Assembly: GCF_003072645.1 (NCBI RefSeq)
Contig: NZ_CP028897.1
Location: 655,658 to 695,657 of the forward strand
Direction of reading: 5' to 3'
Length of the DNA stretch: 40,000 bases
DNA from: Dongshaea marina
Lineage (GTDB): Bacteria > Pseudomonadota > Gammaproteobacteria > Enterobacterales > Aeromonadaceae
Under the pieces are notes generated by a model. It made no database searches. It was not told the origin of the DNA and worked only from the letters and a program-made list of their open reading frames with translations. Of this stretch, positions 8,854-16,042 are shown in pieces. Position 1 is the stretch's first letter; the number at the start of each line of letters is the position of its first letter. Position numbers and translations under genes: made by a program.

Positions 8854-9651
8854 TTAGGGGGCCGGAGAGTAGACCCTTGGCTGGCTGCGCTGGGGCAGGT
8901 GAAGCAGGTTTAAGCCATGTTTACGCGCCAGCTCGACCGCCAGGGTGGTCGGGGAGGCCATGGTCACCAGACACTCCAGGCCGCTACGAATCGATTTTTG
9001 CACCAACTCGATGCTGCAGCGGCTGGTCATCAGGACCACACCGGCACGGGTGTCGATCTGTTGTTGTTGCAATTGACCGATCAGCTTATCCAGGGCGTTA
9101 TGACGGCCAACATCTTCTGAGCAGAACAAGAGCTCACCGGCACTGTCCATATAGAGGGCTGCATGCATGGCACCGCCCTGACTCTGGAAATCACGTACCC
9201 GGTCGCGAAGACCTTCGAACAGCTTGGGTTGTGGCAGGCGGGCAGGCTCCAGCTCGGGAAGATCGGGAAAGGCGGCACTCAGTGAATCTATGCCACACAG
9301 GCCGCAGCCGGTGCGTCCAGCCAGGGCGCGGCGATGAGCGCGAACCCGATAGTCTGCCCTATGGCTCAGGGTGATATCTGCGACTATGGCTCCTCCCTCC
9401 CACTGCCACTCGATATCCTGGACTTCGAGGCGGTTTTTGACGATTCCCTCGCTGATAATGAAACCCAGCAGGAAGGGCTCAATTTCGGTGGGAGAGATCA
9501 TCATCACGGCATGGTTTACCCCATTGAGGCTGATGGCGATGGGCACCTCATTGACCAGTTCAACCGGCTGAGCCTTGTCGTCCTCCAAGGATGTATAGTT
9601 CATGGCAAGGTGGTTGAGCTCACAAGGCTCGGTGCTGGAGCGACACGACAT
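8854..9651 (-). CDS. fdhD: formate dehydrogenase accessory sulfurtransferase FdhD
   Basis: 265 aa. VPIAISLNGVNHAVMMISP, RRALAGRTGCGLCGIDSL, EDVGRHNALDKLIG, MTSRCSIELVQKS match FdhD. Confidence 0.9.
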   Translation of the reverse strand: MSCRSSTEPCELNHLAMNYTSLEDDKAQPVELVNEVPIAISLNGVNHAVMMISPTEIEPFLLGFIISEGIVKNRLEVQDIEWQWEGGAIVADITLSHRADYRVRAHRRALAGRTGCGLCGIDSLSAAFPDLPELEPARLPQPKLFEGLRDRVRDFQSQGGAMHAALYMDSAGELLFCSEDVGRHNALDKLIGQLQQQQIDTRAGVVLMTSRCSIELVQKSIRSGLECLVTMASPTTLAVELARKHGLNLLHLPQRSQPRVYSPAP

Positions 9652-9792
9652 AGAGAGTCCTTTTCTTAAGCATGGATTTTAATGATGGGCAAGTGTATCA
9701 AAAGATCAGGAATTCTCATGCTACAATTGGTCTGCTCTTTGTGATTTATCCTGAGTGACTTGGGGGAGAGCCTGGGGAATTTATGTGATAAA

Positions 9793-9834
9793 ATGATTTG
9801 CATCAATAAATTTACCCTCTGTTTCCCTTAGTAT
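9793..9834 (+). promoter_or_regulatory. candidate class II FNR-dependent promoter of selC(-selAB)
   Basis: ATGAT-TTGC-ATCAA (9793-9806; 9/10 to TTGAT-N4-ATCAA), centre 9799.5. The -10-like TAGTAT at 9829-9834 puts a start near 9841. That places the box at -41.5 and the start 7 nt before the mature tRNA 5' end. Confidence 0.45.
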
Positions 9835-9847
9835 TCAGGGCGATTAT

Positions 9848-9939
9848 GGAATGAGATAGGGTCTGGTGGCCCTCTCGGTCTTCAAAACCGATGTGAGCTG
9901 TATCGGCTTAGGCAGGTTCGATTCCTGCCTCTTCCGCCA
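9848..9939 (+). tRNA. selC: tRNA-Sec (anticodon UCA)
   Basis: 92 nt. Anticodon loop CUUCAAA (UCA 9882-9884). 6-bp D-stem AGGGUC/GGCCCU with a 4-nt loop. Long variable arm. T-arm GCAGG-UUCGAUU-CCUGC. Discriminator G plus CCA. The 3' end resembles E. coli selC. The acceptor stem has an unpaired U5. Confidence 0.9.
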
Positions 9940-10017
9940 CTTCCAGGATGCTTTTTCGCCTCTTTCAGTTTAAAATTCCGCTGAAATTCTGCTCGATCTC
10001 TGAATCGTGTCATAAAG

Positions 10018-11418
10018 ATGTCTGAAATCAGTTCAAGGAATGTTGCCGTGTCCGCCAAAACAGCAGTCAATTACCGTCTTCCCCAGGTTGAGCAGCTTCT
10101 GCAGCACAACATACTAGTTCCTTATATCCGGATCCTCAGTCGACCCGTAGTGACCGAGATTATTCGCGCCCAGTTTGCCAAGATCCGTCAATCGCCGCTG
10201 TTTAAGGAGAAGGGAGTCGATGGAATTGATGTGCTGCAGCTTTTGGTGAAAGCCTGCGAGGAGCAACAACTGCGCCGTCAGACCCGGGTGATCAATGCTA
10301 CCGGCATCGCGGTTCATACCAATCTTGGACGCTCTCCTCTATGTCCTGAGCTGTGGGACAGTGTGCGTCATATCAATACCGGCTATAGCAACCTGGAGCT
10401 AGAACTGAGCAGTGGTAAGCGTGGTGGACGCAACGGGCTGCTTTCTACTCTGGTCAATGCCTGGCTGGGCGCCGAAGATTGTGTACTGGTCAATAATAAT
10501 GCCGCTTCTATGTACCTCATCCTGCATGCACTGGCTGCGGGCAAAGAGGTGATCGTTTCCCGGGGTGAGCAGATCCAGATTGGTGGCGGTTTTCGGATCC
10601 CGGATATTTTAGCTCTGTCCGGCTGTAAGCTGGTGGAGGTGGGGACGACCAATATCACCACCAGTGATGATTACATCGATGCGATCACCGAAAATACCGC
10701 CATGGTGTTGATGGTCCATCAATCCAACTTTTCGATTCAGGGGTTCACCGAATCACCCGATATCCAGGATGTGGCGCGTCGCCTGCCGGAGCATGTTCAG
10801 CTGGTGGTGGATCAGGGATCGGGACTGTCAACGGAGCAGTATGCGGACAGTGAAACCTCACTGGCGCGTTATCTGCAAATGGGGGCCGATCTGGTGTGTT
10901 TCTCCGGTGATAAGATCATCGGGGGCCCTCAGGCAGGATTTATCGCAGGGCGCAGTGAGCTCACCAAGATCCTGGCTAAAAATCCTATGATGCGCGCCTT
11001 CAGGCCGGGACGAATTGTGCTGTCACTGCTTGAGGAGCTGCTGGTTCGTAAGCTCAACCAGCTGGATTCAGGGGAGGGGGTTGCCCAGCACGCCCTGAAT
11101 CGTGCACAGCAGACCCGGGAGCTTGCCGATGAGCTGGCTGCTCGCTGGCCTGGCTACGCCCAGGCAACACCGATGCAGATGCAGGTGGGCGGCGGCTCGA
11201 TTCCCAGTGAAACCTATGACTGTTTTGGGCTCACTCTATCTTTGCCGGGTAAGGCGCAGCAGCACCTGGATGCCCTACGGGCTCTTGCGACCCCGATTAT
11301 CGGCTATCTTCAGTCAGAGCGGGTACTCCTGAACCTGGCAACCTTGCTCCCTGAGGATATGGCACTGTTCCTGTCTCAGCTTGATTCCTATTTTGAGGCC
11401 CTTGGCGCACAGGCTTAA
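10018..11418 (+). CDS. selA: L-seryl-tRNA(Sec) selenium transferase
   Basis: 466 aa. INATGIAVHTNLGRS, VSRGEQIQIGGGFRIPD and FSGDKIIGGPQAGFIAG (PLP lysine region) are SelA hallmarks. Confidence 0.92.
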   Translation: MSEISSRNVAVSAKTAVNYRLPQVEQLLQHNILVPYIRILSRPVVTEIIRAQFAKIRQSPLFKEKGVDGIDVLQLLVKACEEQQLRRQTRVINATGIAVHTNLGRSPLCPELWDSVRHINTGYSNLELELSSGKRGGRNGLLSTLVNAWLGAEDCVLVNNNAASMYLILHALAAGKEVIVSRGEQIQIGGGFRIPDILALSGCKLVEVGTTNITTSDDYIDAITENTAMVLMVHQSNFSIQGFTESPDIQDVARRLPEHVQLVVDQGSGLSTEQYADSETSLARYLQMGADLVCFSGDKIIGGPQAGFIAGRSELTKILAKNPMMRAFRPGRIVLSLLEELLVRKLNQLDSGEGVAQHALNRAQQTRELADELAARWPGYAQATPMQMQVGGGSIPSETYDCFGLTLSLPGKAQQHLDALRALATPIIGYLQSERVLLNLATLLPEDMALFLSQLDSYFEALGAQA

Positions 11419-11422
11419 TCAG

Positions 11423-13267
11423 ATGATCTATCAGAATAACTCAGAGTCGGCCTATCAGGCTGTTGTTGGTTTGGCCGGACATGTTGATCATGGTAAGACG
11501 GCGCTGATTGAGGCGCTGACCGGCATGATGACGGCTCGCCCTCATGAGCAGGCGCTGGGGATGACCCAGGATCTGGGGTTTGCCCATTTTGCGGATGATG
11601 CAGGTAATACCATAGGGGTGGTTGATGTACCGGGCCATGAGCGCTACCTGCGTAACATGGTAGCCGGAGTCTGGCATCTCAATGCGTTGATACTGGTGAT
11701 CGCCGCCGATGAGGGATGGATGCCTATGACCACCTCCCACCTGCAGGTGGCTCATGCGATGGGGATCAGCAATATCATCGTCTGTATCAACAAGAGTGAT
11801 AAGGTTTCCTCCGAAGAGCTGGCCGAGGTTGAGGAGCAGGCTCTGGAGCATGTGATGGATATGTCCGGTCTGGTGCCTGAGCTCGTGAGTGTCTCGGCAC
11901 TGAGCGGCGATAATATCCCTGAGCTTAGGGAGCTAATCATTGAGACCCTGACCCAAGATCTTTGTGTGCCTTGTGTAGATTCTGATCAGCCAAAGATAGA
12001 GGCTGAGCCTTTACTCTATGTGGATCGGGCATTTGTGGTTAATGGGATTGGGACCGTGGTTACAGGCACCCTGGCCCAGGGAATACTCTCTATTGGTGAT
12101 AAGGTGCGCTGTTACCCATCAGGCCTTTTGGGAACTGTGCGCTCACTGCAGGCCTATCACCGCCAGCTTGAAAGCGTCTCCGGAACCTGCCGGGTCGCAG
12201 TGAATATCAAGGGGCTGACCCGTAAAGAGGTTGAGCGGGGTCACCTGGTGACCGGGCGTGAGCAGAAGATAGCTCAGTGTGAACAGTGCCTGGTACGACT
12301 CAATCCCTCGGAGGATGAGCCATCGGCGAAACGACAGCGGGAGGTTGAGGTTGCGATTGGTACCTGGCATGGCTTTGCAAAGCTCTGCTATATCCCCAAC
12401 ACCAACCTGGCGCGGTTGATATTTAAAAAGCCGGTCTCGCTGCAGTTTGCCCAACGGCTGGCGATGATTCAAAAAGGCGGGAGCCGCCTGTTGCACGGTG
12501 CTCAGGTGGTATGGACCGACTTTATTCCCTCCTATCAGAAGCGCCGTATCTACACAGCTCTTAATGAATTGCCAGAGAGCCTGACGGCGGAAGCTCTGCC
12601 ACAGCTGCTGCTTAGCCTGCAAGGATATTTTGATGTCGAGCAGATCGCAGGAGATAGCGACTGTCAGGGCGTGACCCTTGGTCCTTATCTGTTTGAATCT
12701 GACTGGCTAGCCAGGGCTCAGGAAAATATTTTGCAGCGCCTTGATAAGGGGTTGTCGCTCAGTAGCGTCGAGCTCAGCGATCAGCTGGAGATCGAAGAGC
12801 CGGTGTTGAATGTCATCATGCAGGAGCTCAAGCAGCGGCAGATCGTACACCTCAGTTATGGCAAATGGCGTCATGGGGAGGGGGATAATGAGGATGAACT
12901 TCCCACAGAGGCGCTAACCCTGTTGCAGCAAACCCGCGATTGCGGCAAGGCGGGGCTTGAGCTTTCCAAGATAAAACTGGCTCCGGGCTCCAAGAAGTGG
13001 CTGCGCCAGCTATGCCACCAGAAATATATTACCGCACTGGATGAAAGCATCTATTACGACATGGGGATCTACCGGGAGATGATCCAGGCGGTGGTCGCCG
13101 ATCACCAGAGTCAGGATCGGATCTCGATGGGGGATATCAAGGATCGCACCGGGCTGAGCCGTAAGTATGCGATCCCCCTGGCCAACCGGATGGAAAAAGA
13201 TGGCTGGGTGCGGCGGGATGGGGATGAGCGAATCATCCTGAAATCCTGGGAAGAGGTTTCGTCTTAA
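11423..13267 (+). CDS. selB: selenocysteine-specific elongation factor
   Basis: ATG 11423 lies 5 nt after the selA stop. 614 aa. G-domain GHVDHGKTALIEALTG, DVPGHERY, NKSD, plus a long winged-helix C-terminal part. Confidence 0.92.
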   Translation: MIYQNNSESAYQAVVGLAGHVDHGKTALIEALTGMMTARPHEQALGMTQDLGFAHFADDAGNTIGVVDVPGHERYLRNMVAGVWHLNALILVIAADEGWMPMTTSHLQVAHAMGISNIIVCINKSDKVSSEELAEVEEQALEHVMDMSGLVPELVSVSALSGDNIPELRELIIETLTQDLCVPCVDSDQPKIEAEPLLYVDRAFVVNGIGTVVTGTLAQGILSIGDKVRCYPSGLLGTVRSLQAYHRQLESVSGTCRVAVNIKGLTRKEVERGHLVTGREQKIAQCEQCLVRLNPSEDEPSAKRQREVEVAIGTWHGFAKLCYIPNTNLARLIFKKPVSLQFAQRLAMIQKGGSRLLHGAQVVWTDFIPSYQKRRIYTALNELPESLTAEALPQLLLSLQGYFDVEQIAGDSDCQGVTLGPYLFESDWLARAQENILQRLDKGLSLSSVELSDQLEIEEPVLNVIMQELKQRQIVHLSYGKWRHGEGDNEDELPTEALTLLQQTRDCGKAGLELSKIKLAPGSKKWLRQLCHQKYITALDESIYYDMGIYREMIQAVVADHQSQDRISMGDIKDRTGLSRKYAIPLANRMEKDGWVRRDGDERIILKSWEEVSS

Positions 13268-13284
13268 CCTGCGGTTGGCTGGTT

Positions 13285-13830
13285 TGTGCCTGCGGCACAC
13301 TAATGCCGCTGCCGAGCGGCAGCGGGAAGAGGGTATTGCTTGTCCAATACCCTCTTCACTCCCAAGGACACCCCGGAATTTGCTTCATCCCCATGCTCCA
13401 TCAGATTCACTAACGGACAGACAGAACGTCCCTGTTCTGACTGTCCTTCAATCACATCCATGTGATTGATACGTTCATCAACAATGAAGCATTCGGCGCA
13501 AATAAACGGGGCCCAACATCCCAGTCAGTTAGCTCGGTGGTGATATCTAAATTTTTTCTCTGTTCTGGTTTCAGCGCTGAAACAAAAAACTCCAGGAGAA
13601 ACTGAAAGTACCTCGGATATCAAATCGAAGAGAGGAAGTTATATCCCTGATCTCGCTTACCCCTCGAAGAGCCTGAGGAAAAAAGTTCCGATCAGACAGT
13701 AATCCCTATATTGACTGCTCTCTCGAAACATCCTGTTTCTCGACTTTAAGCCTCCACGGCTCTCCTCGGAGCTTGCTCATGGGGAGCAAACTTAATATTC
13801 ACTTCGATTATTATTTTCAGTGAGGTGATT
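13285..13830 (-). ncRNA. candidate GGA-loop hairpin-array RNA or repeat (unit B)
   Basis: Minus-strand hairpins: 13-bp stem with loop AGGGAC (13415-13446), CAAUCAC-AUGGAU-GUGAUUG (13449-13468), GAAAC-AGGAU-GUUUC (13725-13739), loop CAAUAUAGGGAUU (13697-13717), and a perfect 13-bp stem with GGACAAG (13326-13357). Hand count on the plus strand: 16 TCC versus 11 GGA. Shared modules at 13492-13511 and 13619-13641. Confidence 0.35.
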
Positions 13831-14378
13831 GCTACAAAAACAATATCATCAATTCCTAGTAGGAATTAACAGTTATGATGCTCTTTAGATGGTAACTTTC
13901 GAAAATCAGTGATTATTTAATATTTATTCTGTGTATCTTTTCCTGTTTGAAAAAGACTGCGGCGACGCTTTGATTCAGTGTGGATCGGTCTGATAATGTA
14001 CTGATATGAAGAGCTATTGAAACCCTGCTTTTCCATTGCTTTCAAACAGTTTTCTTCACCTAGCTCAGCGACGACAGCCTCTAAAACTTTTATGGCATCT
14101 TTTCTCGCTGTTTGCTCAGTCCTCCATTTTCCTGTTTACACCTTCTGCTGGATTATTTCGTCTAACACTGAGGGTAAATGATTTTTACCACGGAATGACA
14201 TTGAGGGAGCTCCTTTGTTTCAAAAGGGCCATATTGCTCCTTTGAAAACTGGATTTCAATAAGACTAGCCATTGTTGGGGTATTTCGACATCTCTTGTAG
14301 CGAAGTCACTAATCCTATCTGCAGGATCGACAGGGATTCATTAAACTTACTTTTAGATCCCCTGGTGAGACCGTCCAT

Positions 14379-15149
14379 GTGATACGACTCGGGTCAGCTG
14401 GCTTCATACTACTACTCTCCATGACCTTTGTCGGAGGTTGCTACTCGGTGCGCTCGGTAGCCAGCACAGCTGAAGCGACGATGACGGTAGCTGTTTCCCA
14501 TTGGCCTCCACGAAAAATGACCACGAAAGATGGCAAGGTCTCTGGTATTGACGTCGACATTATGCGCGAGCTTGCCCGGCGCATGCAGATGCGGGTGATC
14601 TTCTATACCTGCACCTGGATCCGCTGCCAGACCATGGTTCGCTTAGGCTCTGCCGACTTTATCACCAGTGCATCCCGTACCCCGGATCGTGAGCCTTACT
14701 TTCACTTCATCGAGCCCAGCTATGCACCGAATGGGGGCTATGCCTTTTATGTTCGTGCCGACTCCGGGGTGCGGATCGAAAAATATGACGATCTTCATAA
14801 GCACATCATAGGGACCACCATGGGAGCCAAATATATGGAGGTTGGGGCTGATCCAAAGATCTACTGGGTGAGAACCACGGGAACCAGGGAGCTACTGCGT
14901 AAACTCAAGAGCAAGGAGCTGGATGTCATCATCGATTCTGCGGAGCTGATGGACTATTTTCTGAAAAATAATCCAGATGAGAAATTAGCCATTGCCAAGT
15001 CTCCCTATGTCTATATCACTCCTCAGAGGGCATATATGGCGCTTTCCAGGAGATCCGAGCTGGTTCACCTGATCCCCCGGTTTTCTACAGTGTTGCAACA
15101 GATGCTTGATGAGGGAAAAATTGAAGCGATTCTTGAAAACTACAGATAA
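14379..15149 (+). CDS. periplasmic solute-binding protein, family 3 (amino-acid ABC type), lipoprotein, orphan
   Basis: GTG start. Lipobox FVGGC. SBP_bac_3-like core (WPPRKMTTKDGKVSGIDVDIMRELARRM..., DVIIDSAELMDYF). No permease or ATPase partner nearby. Confidence 0.65.
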   Translation: MIRLGSAGFILLLSMTFVGGCYSVRSVASTAEATMTVAVSHWPPRKMTTKDGKVSGIDVDIMRELARRMQMRVIFYTCTWIRCQTMVRLGSADFITSASRTPDREPYFHFIEPSYAPNGGYAFYVRADSGVRIEKYDDLHKHIIGTTMGAKYMEVGADPKIYWVRTTGTRELLRKLKSKELDVIIDSAELMDYFLKNNPDEKLAIAKSPYVYITPQRAYMALSRRSELVHLIPRFSTVLQQMLDEGKIEAILENYR

Positions 15150-15261
15150 AGATTCACATCTGATTAATTCTTATCACTGGCTCTTATCGGTATTTACTTC
15201 AAATCTTTCATCCGCAAAACAATCAATCACTCCATCCCCTTTGTCGAGACTCATTCAGGCA

Positions 15262-15307
15262 TTCGACACTAGTGTCGAAAGATGTGATTAATGACACAGT
15301 TTTCCTA
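15262..15307 (+). promoter_or_regulatory. candidate FhlA upstream activator sites of the hyf operon
   Basis: Perfect 18-bp palindrome TTCGACACTAGTGTCGAA (15262-15279), CGAAAGATGT (15276-15285; identical 10-mer at 26771-26780) and ATGACACAGTTTTCCTA (15291-15307). 75-120 bp upstream of the sigma-54 promoter. Confidence 0.55.
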
Positions 15308-15382
15308 TGGAAAATACCTGAGCGCTGATGTCTGGTATTTGTAACTATAGGAAATATAAGCGTTAATTTGAAGTTCAATTTC

Positions 15383-15398
15383 TGGCACGGTAATTGCT
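15383..15398 (+). promoter_or_regulatory. sigma-54 promoter of hyfA
   Basis: TGGCACGGTAATTGCT is a full match to TGGCAC-N5-TTGC(A/T). 35 nt upstream of ATG 15433. Confidence 0.85.
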
Positions 15399-15432
15399 AA
15401 TAAAGCGGTTTTTGCAATTGACTAGGAATGCC

Positions 15433-16038
15433 ATGAAAAGCTTTGTAATTGCAGATCCTCAAAAGTGTATCGGTTGTACCACCTGCATGGCAGCGTGTTC
15501 AGACGTACACAAGAAGGAAGGTCTGCAAAGTCATCCCCGGCTTACGGTGGTAAGGCATAAGGATGCAACAGCACCCGTCATGTGTCGTCATTGTGAAGAT
15601 GCTCCCTGTGCCACGGTTTGCCCGGTTGCGGCCATTACCAAGCATGAGGATCGGATCTCTCTCAATGAAACTCAGTGCGTAGGTTGTACGCTCTGTTCAG
15701 TTGCCTGCCCATTCGGTGCGATCGCCTTTGATGGGAGTCGTCCGGTTGCCATGGCGAACAGCTACGACACCTATATTCCATCGACGCCTCGTTCCAGCAA
15801 CCCGTCAACCTCAAATCCTGTGGTCTTTGGCCAGGATATCCTGGCCTGGGAGCCAGGAGTGAAGAGTATCGCGGTCAAGTGTGACCTGTGTAACTTCCGG
15901 GAGCAGGGGCCCGCTTGTGTAGAGATGTGTCCTACCCAGGCGATTATGCTGGTGGATGAAGAGAAGGCCGCTCGCTCGCGCCAAAACAAGCGCGAAGACG
16001 CCGCGAGTGTCTCTCAGAATATAAGCATGGAGCAGTAG
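15433..16038 (+). CDS. hyfA: hydrogenase-4 component A, 4Fe-4S ferredoxin-type
   Basis: ATG 15433 with AGGAA at 15424-15428. MKSFVIADPQKCIGCTTCMAACSDVHK and four Cys clusters. The ORF-track TTG start 15394 lies inside the promoter. Confidence 0.9.
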   Translation: MKSFVIADPQKCIGCTTCMAACSDVHKKEGLQSHPRLTVVRHKDATAPVMCRHCEDAPCATVCPVAAITKHEDRISLNETQCVGCTLCSVACPFGAIAFDGSRPVAMANSYDTYIPSTPRSSNPSTSNPVVFGQDILAWEPGVKSIAVKCDLCNFREQGPACVEMCPTQAIMLVDEEKAARSRQNKREDAASVSQNISMEQ

Positions 16039-16042
16039 TCTA

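Noticed and set aside
14036-14245. Track ORFs 14036-14245 and 15106-15291 in intergenic DNA.
   Set aside because: They are short, have no RBS, and have low-complexity Leu/Phe/Ser-rich translations. 15106-15291 overlaps the end of the binding-protein gene and the hyf regulatory region.
13900-14300. Possible decayed gene on the minus strand. Fragments are MASLIEIQFSKEQYGPFETKELP..., MSFRGKNHLPSVLDEIIQQKV-stop, and TGKWRTEQTARKDAIKVLEAVVAELGEENCLKAMEKQGF...
   Set aside because: The fragments are interrupted by stops and frame changes, and no family is recognisable to me. It cannot be supported without a database search.
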